64,000 bases of DNA from Candidatus Giovannonibacteria bacterium (GTDB taxonomy: Bacteria; Patescibacteriota; Minisyncoccia; JACPKW01; UBA11713). A program made the position numbers and the translations under genes. The notes below the pieces were generated by a model, which was not told the origin of the DNA, made no database searches, and saw only the letters and a list, made by a program, of their open reading frames with translations. Below, one piece after another: positions 26,923-37,655 of the stretch (position 1 is the first letter of the stretch; every line of letters begins with the position of its first letter). The stretch spans positions 66,025 to 130,024 of the forward strand of contig JACPKW010000005.1 in assembly GCA_016186825.1 (NCBI GenBank), given 5' to 3'.

Positions 26923-27732
26923 ATGGCAGCATCTTTCAAAAAAAACCAATCCATAGGGATTATCGGCCAGGGCTTCGTAGGCAGAGTCCTTAAAAGTTAT
27001 TATCCAGATGCAAAAGTATACGATATCGCACCGGGAAATTGGGATAACTTGGAAAACGTGCTCGCACAAAATTATATTTTTATCGCGGTCAATTTTAAAG
27101 ATAACGGACTTAGCGATAAAAGCAGAGGCGAGCTCGAAAAATATTTTTCCAAAATGCCCGCGGGAAGAAAAGTCATATTCAAATCAACCTTAGTCCCCGG
27201 GGTAACAGATTATTTTCAAGAGCTATATCCGAAATTATTTTTCTGCTTTAATCCGGAATTTTTAACAGAGGCTACAGCCTGGGAAGACTTTACTCAGCCC
27301 CAATTTCAGATTTTGGGATTCCCGAAATCCGCGCCCGAGTTTTCAGACGAATTATTTGAATTGCTTCCAGATGCGGCCGAAAAAAAAGTAATGAGCGCGC
27401 GCGAGGCGGAGACGTTGAAACATGCCCAGAATTCTTACTATGCAATGAAGGTTGTTTTTTTCAATCAATTATATGACGCCTGCCTCAATCTCGGCGCCGA
27501 TTACGAAAAAATCAGAGAAATTCTCATTAAGAATCCTTGGATCGGTGACAGCCACACGATAATCTGGCACAAGGGCTACCGAGGTTTTTCAGGAAAGTGT
27601 CTGCCGAAAGACATCAAAGCTTTCTTAACAGTGACAGATTTGCCGCTTCTCAAAACAGTCCTGGAAATAAATTCCTCGCTTACTTCCCAAACTCCCCTTG
27701 AGCTCCCCGAAAAAACAAGCGAGAAGCTCTGA
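26923..27732 (+). CDS. Nucleotide-sugar dehydrogenase family protein (UDP-glucose/GDP-mannose DH-like). It is short and lacks the C-terminal nucleotide-sugar-binding domain.
   Basis: IGIIGQGFVG Rossmann motif, STLVPGVTD, NPEFLTEATAWEDF and a catalytic-Cys-like GKCLPKD. Only 269 aa, against about 400 for full-length family members. Confidence 0.6.
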   Translation: MAASFKKNQSIGIIGQGFVGRVLKSYYPDAKVYDIAPGNWDNLENVLAQNYIFIAVNFKDNGLSDKSRGELEKYFSKMPAGRKVIFKSTLVPGVTDYFQELYPKLFFCFNPEFLTEATAWEDFTQPQFQILGFPKSAPEFSDELFELLPDAAEKKVMSAREAETLKHAQNSYYAMKVVFFNQLYDACLNLGADYEKIREILIKNPWIGDSHTIIWHKGYRGFSGKCLPKDIKAFLTVTDLPLLKTVLEINSSLTSQTPLELPEKTSEKL

Positions 27733-27759
27733 TAAAATTATCAAACTAATTTATCTAGT

Positions 27760-29103
27760 ATGGATGCGAGAGCGCACTCACCGTTTGTTGCTATTTCTAG
27801 CGCCAAAGTTACAAACTCTCAGCGGAGCCAACGTTTTAAATTTAGCTTGTTAATTTTTTTCGCGCTCTGTATTTTATCCCTGATTGTTCTGATAAAAGCA
27901 AAGACCACTTCAACGCTTCGCGAAAATGCCCTCTTATTTTTTTACGGTATATTTGTTACAAGCTTCCAGCTTTCGCGGCTTGCAGGCGCGCTCTTATATC
28001 AGCGCAAAGCGCAACAGGACTTTATAAAACCTAATTATGAGCCTTATGTTTCAGTCGTAGTTCCATGTAAAAACGAGGAGGGCGCGATTGAGAAAACCGT
28101 TCTTATGTGCGCTGGGGCAGATTACCCTCTTGAAAAGCTGGAACTCATATTTATTAACGACGGAAGTACGGATAATACATATAAAGTTCTTTTGAACGTT
28201 AAGAAAAAACTGCGTCCCGAATTCGCGCAACGCCTTACGATAATAAATTTCGAAAAAAATCGTGGCAAGCGACATGCCATGGCGGAGGGATTCAGGCGTG
28301 CAAAAGGTGACATTGTCGTCCAGCTTGATTCAGACAGCTATATTGTCCCCGAGACTTTTCGCGAATTAATTTTGCCTTTCGCAGATTCGGAAATCGGCGC
28401 TGTTACAGCGCACGCCGAGCCGGAAAATGCCGAGAAGAACTTCTGGACTAAAATGCAGGCCGCCTACTACTTTGTTTCCTTTCGAATAATGAAAGCGGCG
28501 GAGTGCACATTCGGGCTCGTGCTTTGTTGCAGCGGATGCTCATCAAGCTATCGCAAATCCACAGTGCTTCCTATTTTAGACCAGTGGTTAGGCGAAAAAT
28601 TTTTGGGTTTGCCCGTCACATGGGGCGACGACCGCTCGCTTACGAGCTGGGTAATAAGACGCGGCTACAAAACAACTTATGTTGAAAATGCAAAAGCCAT
28701 GACTGTGGTTCCTGAAAACTCTAAACAGCTTATTAAACAGCAACTCCGCTGGAAAAAATCATGGATAATTAATTCTTATCTGACTTCCCGCTTTATTTTC
28801 AGGGCGGACTCCTTTTTTGCGGCCGCATATTTTTTTCCGCTTGCGATTATTACGATCCTTACGCCTTTTGTCGCCGTCAGCGCCCTGATTGTCTCGCCGC
28901 TGCAGGGGCTCTGGCCTCTTTACTATCTGATCGGCTTGATACTTATTAACTCGCTGCTCGTGCTCTATTATCGCTCTCTTTCGCCGGGCAACCGATTCTG
29001 GCCGTATTTTTATGCCTGGACATTATTTAATACTTTTTTCCTTTCATTCCTGCTTTTCTGGGCAGTGATAAAAATTCAGGATAGAGGCTGGGGAACAAGA
29101 TAA
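27760..29103 (+). CDS. Processive GT2 glycosyltransferase (NodC/chitin-synthase/PgaC/HasA-like polysaccharide synthase)
   Basis: VVVPCKNEE, DGSTDNT, QLDSDS and QQLRWKKSW (QxxRW) motifs with flanking TM helices. Confidence 0.8.
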   Translation: MDARAHSPFVAISSAKVTNSQRSQRFKFSLLIFFALCILSLIVLIKAKTTSTLRENALLFFYGIFVTSFQLSRLAGALLYQRKAQQDFIKPNYEPYVSVVVPCKNEEGAIEKTVLMCAGADYPLEKLELIFINDGSTDNTYKVLLNVKKKLRPEFAQRLTIINFEKNRGKRHAMAEGFRRAKGDIVVQLDSDSYIVPETFRELILPFADSEIGAVTAHAEPENAEKNFWTKMQAAYYFVSFRIMKAAECTFGLVLCCSGCSSSYRKSTVLPILDQWLGEKFLGLPVTWGDDRSLTSWVIRRGYKTTYVENAKAMTVVPENSKQLIKQQLRWKKSWIINSYLTSRFIFRADSFFAAAYFFPLAIITILTPFVAVSALIVSPLQGLWPLYYLIGLILINSLLVLYYRSLSPGNRFWPYFYAWTLFNTFFLSFLLFWAVIKIQDRGWGTR

Positions 29104-29104
29104 T

Positions 29105-30691
29105 ATGGCTTTCACCCGCAATTTCAAAAAAACTGTTTTGATTCTGCTTTTTATTTCGACCACAATTGTAATTGCAGCCGGAATCATATTTTTCAGGAAT
29201 AACCCTTACTTAACTCCTCAATATCTCCAGACTTATTTTTCATATTTCCGCTACCGTTTGGAATTCGCAGCTTCGAGCGGACAGGGCGCGCTCGCGGCAG
29301 TTTTTTTCTCAAATAGAAATCAAACGTATGTAAATAACGGCGAAGCCAAAGCCGTCCCCGTATTGCTTTATCACGGAGTAGTGCCCAAAGAAGATGGCAC
29401 AAATATCAGTGCAGAGAAATTTAAGGAGCAAATGTTTGCGCTTAAAAAAGCTGGCTATGAAACCGTGTCCTTAGCGGATCTCTACGCCTTTTTGAAAGGT
29501 GAAAAAAAATTGCCGGACAAATCATTTGTTCTGACCTTCGATGACGGCAGAAAAGACAGCTATTATCCCGTAGATCCGATTCTCCGCGCTCTGGATTATA
29601 GAGCAGTGATTTTTGTCGTCGCCAGTTTTTCAATAACGGATAAAAGTTCCTACTATCTGACAAAGGAAGAGGTAAAACAGATGATAAATTCCGGTCGCTG
29701 GGAAATAGGGTCGCACGGCAATAATTCGCATGAGCTCTATCCAGTCGACGCAGACGGAAAATCTGGGCAATTTTTTGCAAACCGCCTCTGGCTTGCTCGA
29801 GAAAGGCGCCTTGAAACACCCGAGGAATTCGAAACAAGAATCAAAAACGATTTAAGCGAGTCAAAAAAAGAACTGGCAAGTACTTTCGGAATCGAAATAA
29901 ATGAATTTGCTCTTCCTTTTGGCAATCTGGATTTAAACAGCGAAAACTTTCCAGAGTCTTCAAAAAAAGTTACAGCCGCGATAAAAGAAAACTATAGGCT
30001 CGCTTTCGTACAGTTTAATACCGATCTACGGTTCGAACAAAACACGCCCGCGCAAAGCCTTAAGCCCGCTGATAATTTTTTGGTAAAGAGAATCGAGCCT
30101 CATTTTGACTGGGACGGCAAAAAGCTTTTGGACAAGTTAAACCGCGGCAGTCCGAAACAGCTCCCGTTTGAAGATGATTTTTTTTCAGATCAGGGCTGGT
30201 ATTTTACCTGGGGCGAAGCAAATCAGCAAAACGGAATAATGGAGTTAAAACCGGCGCCGCGCGATACGGGAAGCGCCGCAATTCTCGACGGTACGGAAGT
30301 CTGGCAGAATTATACTTTCAAAGCCAGCGTTGATAACTTTTTAGGATCAAATATTTATCTTTGGGCAAGGTATAGGAACGATGATAACTATGTCGCCTGT
30401 AATTTCGGACGAGATAGGACGCATATCGATCAAAGAATCGCCGGCGAGACTCGAGTCATCAGAGGAGAACTTCTGGGAGTTCCGGTCCCCAGCAAAAATT
30501 TTGAAATCGCGATTGAGGCCAATGGACGGGATATTAAATGCCTGCTTAACGGGACGGTAATGGTAGAAAGTTTCTTCCTAAACCCCGAGTTATTCTCCGG
30601 TGGAATAGGAATTAAAGCCTGGGATGCTCTCCCTGAAAAAAGCTATGTAAAAATTAAATCTGTTGGAGTAAAAGAAATCCCGAAATCATGA
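29105..30691 (+). CDS. Membrane-anchored polysaccharide deacetylase (NodB domain) with a C-terminal beta-rich domain
   Basis: N-terminal TM, LTFDDGRKDSYYPV NodB motif and an HGNNSHE His motif. Start overlaps the GT2 stop. Confidence 0.7.
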   Translation: MAFTRNFKKTVLILLFISTTIVIAAGIIFFRNNPYLTPQYLQTYFSYFRYRLEFAASSGQGALAAVFFSNRNQTYVNNGEAKAVPVLLYHGVVPKEDGTNISAEKFKEQMFALKKAGYETVSLADLYAFLKGEKKLPDKSFVLTFDDGRKDSYYPVDPILRALDYRAVIFVVASFSITDKSSYYLTKEEVKQMINSGRWEIGSHGNNSHELYPVDADGKSGQFFANRLWLARERRLETPEEFETRIKNDLSESKKELASTFGIEINEFALPFGNLDLNSENFPESSKKVTAAIKENYRLAFVQFNTDLRFEQNTPAQSLKPADNFLVKRIEPHFDWDGKKLLDKLNRGSPKQLPFEDDFFSDQGWYFTWGEANQQNGIMELKPAPRDTGSAAILDGTEVWQNYTFKASVDNFLGSNIYLWARYRNDDNYVACNFGRDRTHIDQRIAGETRVIRGELLGVPVPSKNFEIAIEANGRDIKCLLNGTVMVESFFLNPELFSGGIGIKAWDALPEKSYVKIKSVGVKEIPKS

Positions 30692-30792
30692 GCTGATAAC
30701 GCATATTTTTCATTAAACTGCGCGAGAGACCCCAAGCTACGGGGGTATTATTTCTTACAGGATAAAATTATAATGGGTGAAAGACTATTTTC

Positions 30793-31404
30793 ATGCTTGA
30801 TTTGAACCCCATTCTCGCGCTCCCCGTTTACTACCGCTATCTTGCGATCCTTCCAATCGCGATGCTGGAAGGCCCAATGATATCGGTGGCGTCAGGATTT
30901 CTTGTCAGTTTCGGAATATTAAATCCTTTTTTAATATATGCTGTTTTGGTTTTGGGTGATGTCCTGCCTGACATTGCATATTATTTTATTGGCCGCTTCG
31001 GCAAGAACAGAAAATTTTTCATAAATTATGTTTCCCGCCATGATACACTAGCGCGCCATTTGGCGCTCGCGGAAAAACTCTGGCGAGGGCACCCCGGAAA
31101 AACCATGCTTTTTACAAAGCTTGCATATGGACTCTCAACTCCGCTTTTGATCAGCGCGGGATTTACGAACATGAGCCCCAAAAAATTTATTTCAAAAGCA
31201 TTCCCCGTCACGCTCGGACAGCACTTGGTTACGATGTCAATCGGATATTATTTGGGCGAATCTTATGAAATTGCGTCGAAATATCTGGAAGGCGCGGGCT
31301 ATCTTGCGGCGGGCATCGTACTAATTTTTGCTCTCGCGTATTTGATTTTACAAAAATATGCCGCGCGCCAGATTAGGAAAATGGAAGAAAAAGACAAAGA
31401 GTAA
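30793..31404 (+). CDS. DedA/VTT-domain membrane protein
   Basis: Multi-TM protein with a DedA-like G-rich re-entrant region (FIGRFG). Confidence 0.55.
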   Translation: MLDLNPILALPVYYRYLAILPIAMLEGPMISVASGFLVSFGILNPFLIYAVLVLGDVLPDIAYYFIGRFGKNRKFFINYVSRHDTLARHLALAEKLWRGHPGKTMLFTKLAYGLSTPLLISAGFTNMSPKKFISKAFPVTLGQHLVTMSIGYYLGESYEIASKYLEGAGYLAAGIVLIFALAYLILQKYAARQIRKMEEKDKE

Positions 31405-32591
31405 TGAAAATAGCTTTTTTTGCAGACAATTTCTACCCCGAATTAAGCGGGATAGCGGATACCATCAGCTTAACCGGAGCGGAGCTCGCTAGGCGGGGGC
31501 ATGAAATTCATTTTTTTGTTCCGCGTTACTCCGCTAAAGATTATGAAATTGCCAAGGCTCCGCGAATCGAACTATTCTCTCGAGAAAAAAATATTCTAAT
31601 CCACCGAATGCGTTCGTTTAAATATCCCACACCCACCATGCAGGGACGATCCGTAATTCCGCGCTTATTTGCGGGATTTTTTTCTAAAGAAAAATTCGAT
31701 ATTCTGCACACTCACAGTTTTTTCGGCCCCGGGCTTGATGCTTTTTTTTATTCCAGAATCAAAAAAATCCCGCTTGTGGGCACAAACCACACCATCATCG
31801 AGGAATTCATGGACTATAGTCCGATAAAAGCGGCCTGGATGAAAGAAGCAATGCGGAAATACGTGCGCTGGTATTACAGCCGCTGTAAAAAAATTTCCAC
31901 GCCTTCCAATTTTCTTGCAAATGATATGAGGGACAACGGCTTTAAAGTTCCAAGCGAGGTAATTTCAAATCCGATCGCGCCCGAATTTTACGGAAATAAA
32001 ATGCCAAATCTCAAAGAAAAATTCGGGTTTAAACCTTTTACAACTCTATATGCCGGAAGAATTTCAGAAGAAAAAGGGGTTTTGACCCTATTTGATGCTT
32101 TTATTCCGTTCGCAAAAAAAAATCCTGAAGTAGGCCTGGTGCTCGTAGGTCAAGGCACGCTTAGAAAAATTCTTGAAAAAAAAGCTAAAGAAAGCGCTGT
32201 TTCAAGCCAGATAACATTCAGAGGGCCATTCTGGGGCGAGCAGAAAAAAGATTTTTTCGACATTTTCAGGGCATGCGATCTTTTTGTCGCGCCGTCGAGA
32301 GCTGAAAGCCAATGTATGAGCATGTTTCAAGCCATGGCTTCCGGAACTGCTGTAATCGGCGCTAACGCCGCGGCAATCCCCGAGTTCATTACTTCCGAGC
32401 GGGGCTTATTATTTACTCCTGGAAATGCGCGAGAGCTTGAAGCACGCCTTGACGCAATTTATAAAAATCCAAAACTTCGCTCCGATTTGTCAAAAAATGC
32501 CGAAAGTTTCGCAAAAAATTTTTCAGTCGATCAAATAGCAAATAAGTGGGAAAACTTTTATAGTGAGGTAGTGTCTCAATATGGAAAATAA
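31404..32591 (+). CDS. GT4-family glycosyltransferase
   Basis: MKIAFFADNFYPELSGIADTI N-terminus. C-terminal GT-B region with E-x7-E-like motif. Confidence 0.85.
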   Translation: MKIAFFADNFYPELSGIADTISLTGAELARRGHEIHFFVPRYSAKDYEIAKAPRIELFSREKNILIHRMRSFKYPTPTMQGRSVIPRLFAGFFSKEKFDILHTHSFFGPGLDAFFYSRIKKIPLVGTNHTIIEEFMDYSPIKAAWMKEAMRKYVRWYYSRCKKISTPSNFLANDMRDNGFKVPSEVISNPIAPEFYGNKMPNLKEKFGFKPFTTLYAGRISEEKGVLTLFDAFIPFAKKNPEVGLVLVGQGTLRKILEKKAKESAVSSQITFRGPFWGEQKKDFFDIFRACDLFVAPSRAESQCMSMFQAMASGTAVIGANAAAIPEFITSERGLLFTPGNARELEARLDAIYKNPKLRSDLSKNAESFAKNFSVDQIANKWENFYSEVVSQYGK

Positions 32592-33306
32592 GCTTAGAGT
32601 CAGCCTCGTTATTCCCGCTCATAACGAAGAAAAATATATTGCCAACTGCTTAAGCGCCGCGATAAAAAACTCACGAGGGCGATTTTTCGAAATTATGGTT
32701 ATCGACAATGCATCATCCGACCGGACAGGCGATGAAGCCAGTAAATTCCCCGGCGTTAGAGTCGTGCGCGAAGAAAAAAAAGGGTTGACGCAAGCGCGAG
32801 AGCGCGGCTTTCAGGAAGCAAGGGGCGATATTCTCGCCTATATTGACGCGGACACTCTGATGCCGGAACATTGGTTCGAAATACTTGAAAAGGAATTTGA
32901 AACGCACAAGAATCTCGCCGCTTTGAGCGGTCCTTACGATTATTACGACGTGCCAAAGTGGCAAAGGCTGCTCATAAAATGTTACTGGACTATTTCTGGG
33001 CTGCTTGCTTATCGCATTGCCGGCTATCTCGTTGTCGGAGGCAATTTCGCAATCAAAAGAGATATATTGGAAAAAATGCATGGGTTTGATACTTCAATTG
33101 CTTTCTACGGCGAGGACACAAATATTGCGCGCAGAGCCAGCAAATTCGGGAAGGTAAAATTCCTGCCAAAGTTTTTTATTTATACTTCGGGCAGAAGATT
33201 CCATGGGCAAGGGTTTTTTAAAACCGCAGTGATTTATACCGCAAACTTTTTTTCAGAAGCTATAATTCATAAACCCATTACCAAAAAATATAAAGATATC
33301 CGATGA
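32581..33306 (+). CDS. GT2-family glycosyltransferase (DPM1/GtrB-like)
   Basis: VSLVIPAHNEEKYI, DNASSDRT and YIDADT motifs. Confidence 0.85.
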   Translation: MENKLRVSLVIPAHNEEKYIANCLSAAIKNSRGRFFEIMVIDNASSDRTGDEASKFPGVRVVREEKKGLTQARERGFQEARGDILAYIDADTLMPEHWFEILEKEFETHKNLAALSGPYDYYDVPKWQRLLIKCYWTISGLLAYRIAGYLVVGGNFAIKRDILEKMHGFDTSIAFYGEDTNIARRASKFGKVKFLPKFFIYTSGRRFHGQGFFKTAVIYTANFFSEAIIHKPITKKYKDIR

Positions 33307-33950
33307 TACAAAAATTCAAATCAAAATACTTGCTTTACTTTAAAGATTCCGGTTTTTTAATTTCATTTATAGCAGGGATTTTAATGCTCGGGGCAAGCTT
33401 TGTGATAAATTTTTACGCCGCGATTTACTCGGCCACGCGGGCATCGAATTCAGTGACAGATATAGTTTTAAGCAATATTCCGGTTTATGACGTAGACGGC
33501 ACTTTTATTTACGGTCCGATGATTTTTTGGACATTCATAATTACTTTTTGCATCACAGAGCCTAAAAGAGCTCCCTTTGTTTTAAAAAGCATCGCTCTTT
33601 TTATTTTAATCCGTTCGATTTTTATAAGCCTTACGCATATCGGCCCAGACCCTACTCAAATTGAAATCAGCTCGAGCATTATAAGAAAATTTTCTTCGGG
33701 GGCTGACCTTTTCTTTTCCGCGCATACTGGTCTTCCCTTTTTAATGGCCCTCGTATTTTGGAACCACAAAGTTGTTAGAATTTTGTCCGTTCTCACAGCA
33801 ATTTTCTTCGGAATCGTTGTGCTCGCGGGGCATCTTCATTATTCAATTGATGTTGTCTCCGCTTTCTTTATAACTTATTCGATCTTCCGGCTTGCGGAAA
33901 TATTTTTTCCAAAAGACCGTGTTCTTTTGTCAGATGGAATTCAAACTTAA
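33303..33950 (+). CDS. PAP2-superfamily-like membrane protein
   Basis: FFSAHTGLPF (PSGH-like) and GHLHYSIDVV (SRxxxxxHxxxD-like) motifs in TM context. Confidence 0.5.
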   Translation: MIQKFKSKYLLYFKDSGFLISFIAGILMLGASFVINFYAAIYSATRASNSVTDIVLSNIPVYDVDGTFIYGPMIFWTFIITFCITEPKRAPFVLKSIALFILIRSIFISLTHIGPDPTQIEISSSIIRKFSSGADLFFSAHTGLPFLMALVFWNHKVVRILSVLTAIFFGIVVLAGHLHYSIDVVSAFFITYSIFRLAEIFFPKDRVLLSDGIQT

Positions 33951-34025
33951 ATTAAAATACAACAAAGAAACAAGAAAATTCAGTCAAGGATTGTAATTAT
34001 AAAAATTGGCAACTAAAGTGCAAAC

Positions 34026-36452
34026 ATGAAGAGGATCGTGAATCTCGATAGAATTACTTCAGAGCAACTTCAAATAAAAAGCCGGAGCGCTTACGCCGGG
34101 CTGATCATTCTGATTGCCGTCGCGTATTTTTTAGCTGGAAAATTGGGTCTCCGTTCCGCATTAATTAACCCGCATACGAGCGCGCTCTGGCCTGTTTCTG
34201 GTATCGCGCTCTCGACCGTTTTGCTTCTGGGCTACAAAGTTCTGCCGGGAATTTTTTTAGGAGCGTTTTTTGTTTTCCTCACAACATCAGGAAGTGTTTA
34301 CGCTTCTTTCGCAATCGCTGTAGGAAACACCCTCGAAATTCTCGTTGCTTCTTTTCTCGCCAATAAATACGGCGGAGGAAAATTCGCATTCACAAAGAGA
34401 AATAATATTTTTGTCTTCGCCTCACTCGCGGGCGCGTTGAGCCCCATCATCGGCGCAACTATTGGCACTGTAACGCTTGTGTCTTTCGGCTTCACCGATC
34501 TAGCGAATTTTTGGGTGATTTGGGTTACATGGTGGGTCGGAACTATGGGTGGCATCTTGGTCGTAAGTCCTCTTATACTTCTTTGGACTACCTGCGGCCG
34601 AGTTAAATGGACCTACGAAGATGCTATAAAAGACATCCTGGTTCTGATTCTAACTTTTTTTATCTCGTTTGGCATTTTCGGCGGATATTTCAACTTAAGC
34701 TCTTACAACTACCCTCTTTCATATGTATTATTTCCAATTTTGATCTTGGCGGCTTTCAAATCCGGACGACGTGTAACGATAACTGCGAATGTAATAGTGT
34801 CTACTATCGCGATTTGGGGGACACTGCAGGGCTACGGCCCTTTTGGAAGCATTACCTATAACTATTCGGTTATTCTGCTTGCAGGATATTTAGCGACAAT
34901 CACGCTCACCTCAACCGCAGTCGCGGCAGAAGTTTCCACCCGCCATAGGCATGAAAAACGCTTCCAGGCATTGATTGAGAACAGTTTCGATGCCATGCTC
35001 TTAGTTGAGCGTAAGAAAATAAAATATGCGAGCCCTTCATCTTTAAATGTCCTTGGACACAAATCTGATAAACTAATAGACACAGATCTAATCGAGATAA
35101 TCCACGAAAGCGACCGAGAACTTGTTTTGAAAGTATTAGAGGATATCGAGAAAAATCATACAGACGACTTCGAAGTTTTTGAAGCGCGGGTAGAAAAACC
35201 CAACGGTTCCTGGATCTGGACCGAAGCAACAGCTGCAAACCTGATAAAGGATCCCTTCGTGCGCTCAGTTGTTATAAACTTTCACGATATAACCGATGAA
35301 AAAGAAGCAAAAGAAATTTTTCTGAAATATTACGACGCGCTGGTCCAAGAAAAAGCAAAAATTGAAACTTTGCTTGCAAGCATAGGAGATATAATAGTTG
35401 CGACCGACCACAGCGGAAAAATCATTCTCGCAAACAAGGCATTTGAAGAACAAATGGGTTGGAAAGTTGAAGAAGTCCTAAATGAGCAAATTCACGATGT
35501 TATTCCAATGGATTTAGTCGAAACTCCCGATGAAGAAATTTATGAGAACCTGCGGCCGCTGGAAAAGGCGTTAAGTTCTCAAAAAAAGTTTTCGGGTTCG
35601 TATTATATTTCGCGTAAAAACGGATCTAAATTTCCTGCGATTGTTACAGCTTCCCCCGTGATATTTGAAGGCAACCTGATCGGTGGTATAAAAGTTATTC
35701 ATGATGTCTCGCGGGAAAAAGAAATCGACCGCGCGAAAAGCGAATTCATCGCGCTTGCTTCCCATCAGCTTAGAACGCCCCTAACGATTGTAAGCTGGAG
35801 CGCAGAAATGGTTCTAAAAAATTTCAAAACTCTTGACTCTAGAAAGAAAAAAGAATATCTTCAAAAAATTTATGATGCGAACCAACGGATGATTCATCTT
35901 ACAGACGCGCTCCTGAATGTTTCAAGAATCGAAATGGGCACTTACATACTGGAGCCTGTCCCAACAAATATAGTAAAAATAGCAAAGACAGTGCTCGATG
36001 AAAGTTCGCGCGAGATTGAAACCAAAAAAATAAAAGTGGAGACTAGTTTTGCAAAAATGCCCCGTTTGAACGTGGATCCGAATCTCACGAGGATTATTTT
36101 TCAAAATTTAATTTCCAATGCCGCCAAATATACTCCGGCCAAAGGACGCATAAAAATTTCAGTTGAACTGAAAGAGGAAGAAGAGCAGGAGGTGCTAATT
36201 CGCGTTGAAGATACGGGCTACGGCATTCCATTAAACCAGCAGCCGATGATTTTAACGAAACTTTTCCGCGCAGATAACATCAAAGAAGTTGATACAAACG
36301 GGACCGGGCTCGGACTTTACATCGTTAAGTCCATTTTGGAGCGAATCGGCGGAAAAATATGGTTCGAATCAATGGAAAACAGAGGCAGTACATTTTATGT
36401 AACCATGCCGCTTTCTATGCCGGAGAAAAAAGGCACAAAAGCTTTGATTTGA
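34026..36452 (+). CDS. Sensor histidine kinase with an N-terminal polytopic (MASE1-like) membrane domain, PAS domains, HisKA and HATPase_c
   Basis: H-box FIALASHQLRTPL. N/G boxes NLISNAAKYT and GTGLGLYIVKSILE. Confidence 0.85.
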   Translation: MKRIVNLDRITSEQLQIKSRSAYAGLIILIAVAYFLAGKLGLRSALINPHTSALWPVSGIALSTVLLLGYKVLPGIFLGAFFVFLTTSGSVYASFAIAVGNTLEILVASFLANKYGGGKFAFTKRNNIFVFASLAGALSPIIGATIGTVTLVSFGFTDLANFWVIWVTWWVGTMGGILVVSPLILLWTTCGRVKWTYEDAIKDILVLILTFFISFGIFGGYFNLSSYNYPLSYVLFPILILAAFKSGRRVTITANVIVSTIAIWGTLQGYGPFGSITYNYSVILLAGYLATITLTSTAVAAEVSTRHRHEKRFQALIENSFDAMLLVERKKIKYASPSSLNVLGHKSDKLIDTDLIEIIHESDRELVLKVLEDIEKNHTDDFEVFEARVEKPNGSWIWTEATAANLIKDPFVRSVVINFHDITDEKEAKEIFLKYYDALVQEKAKIETLLASIGDIIVATDHSGKIILANKAFEEQMGWKVEEVLNEQIHDVIPMDLVETPDEEIYENLRPLEKALSSQKKFSGSYYISRKNGSKFPAIVTASPVIFEGNLIGGIKVIHDVSREKEIDRAKSEFIALASHQLRTPLTIVSWSAEMVLKNFKTLDSRKKKEYLQKIYDANQRMIHLTDALLNVSRIEMGTYILEPVPTNIVKIAKTVLDESSREIETKKIKVETSFAKMPRLNVDPNLTRIIFQNLISNAAKYTPAKGRIKISVELKEEEEQEVLIRVEDTGYGIPLNQQPMILTKLFRADNIKEVDTNGTGLGLYIVKSILERIGGKIWFESMENRGSTFYVTMPLSMPEKKGTKALI

Positions 36453-36458
36453 ATCAAC

Positions 36459-37655
36459 TCAATATCCCTCAAGCCTTTTTGCCTTTTCGTGATCGCGAAT
36501 GCGCATCAAAGCTTTAGCTTCAATCTGCCGTATGCGCTCGCGCGTAACCCCGAATTCCTTGCCCACTTCTTCCAGCGTGTGAGATATCCCATCGTCTAGA
36601 CCGAAACGCATGCGCAAAATTTTCTGCTCGCGCGGCGAAAGATCGTTTAATATTTCTTTTACCTGGTCTCTTAAGAGACGCCGCGCCGCTTCCTGCACAG
36701 GGGAAAGAATTTTTTCATCTTCAATAAAATCGCCCAAAAGGGAATCTTCTTCGTCCTCTCCCACAGGCTGTTCCAAAGAAACCGTATCCTGCGAAATTTT
36801 TTGAATATGTCGGATTTTCGAAACATCGATGTTCATTTCTGTCGCGATCTCTTCGGCAAGCGGCTCGCGTCCCAAATCTTGAGTTAGTCTACGGACAACC
36901 TGCTGATATTTTGAAATCGTCTCAACCATGTGCACTGGAATTCGAATCGTTCGCGCCTGATCGGCGAGCGCGCGCGTGATTGCCTGTCTAATCCACCAAG
37001 TGGCATACGTTGAAAATTTAAAGCCTTTGCGCCAGTCAAATTTTTCGACCGCTCTGAAAAGGCCAAGGTTCCCTTCCTGAATTAAATCCAGAAGCGTTAA
37101 ATTCGCCGAACGGCCAACATACTTTTTTGCGATAGAAACAACGAGACGCAAATTGGCCTGGGCAAGTTTGTTTTTTGCTTCCTCGTCACCCTTTTCAATT
37201 CTTTTTGCAAGTTCTTTCTCTTCATCCGCTTTAATCAACGAAATCCGTCCAATTTCACGCAGGTACATTTGAACGGAATCGGAAGTAAATTGGTCAGTGC
37301 TTTCCTCCGCACGAGCTTCTCCGCGTTTCGGTTTTTCCTTAACCTCAAGAACTTCCCTCCCTTCGAGCACATCAACTCCTGCAGTTTGGAGCTGATTATA
37401 GAGACCATCCAAAAAAACAATATTGTCTTCAATGTTCGGAAAATTGTTCAGAATCTCGGCGTAAGTTACAAACCCGCGCGTTTTACCACGAGTAATCAGT
37501 TCAGTAATTTTTCCCTGTGAAAATTCATCTTTCTTCTTCTTTGCGGGCGTAGCTGCACCTTTTTGGGTTCTTTTTTTGGGAACGGTCTTATTGGGTTTTT
37601 TTGCGGAAATCCGTTTCGTTTTTTTATGGATTTTTTTCTTTTTTGTCTTTGGCAT
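36459..37655 (-). CDS. rpoD: RNA polymerase sigma-70 factor RpoD with a Lys-rich N-terminal extension
   Basis: [40 protein letters not shown] region 2 motif. Regions 3 and 4 present. Confidence 0.9.
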   Translation of the reverse strand: MPKTKKKKIHKKTKRISAKKPNKTVPKKRTQKGAATPAKKKKDEFSQGKITELITRGKTRGFVTYAEILNNFPNIEDNIVFLDGLYNQLQTAGVDVLEGREVLEVKEKPKRGEARAEESTDQFTSDSVQMYLREIGRISLIKADEEKELAKRIEKGDEEAKNKLAQANLRLVVSIAKKYVGRSANLTLLDLIQEGNLGLFRAVEKFDWRKGFKFSTYATWWIRQAITRALADQARTIRIPVHMVETISKYQQVVRRLTQDLGREPLAEEIATEMNIDVSKIRHIQKISQDTVSLEQPVGEDEEDSLLGDFIEDEKILSPVQEAARRLLRDQVKEILNDLSPREQKILRMRFGLDDGISHTLEEVGKEFGVTRERIRQIEAKALMRIRDHEKAKRLEGY

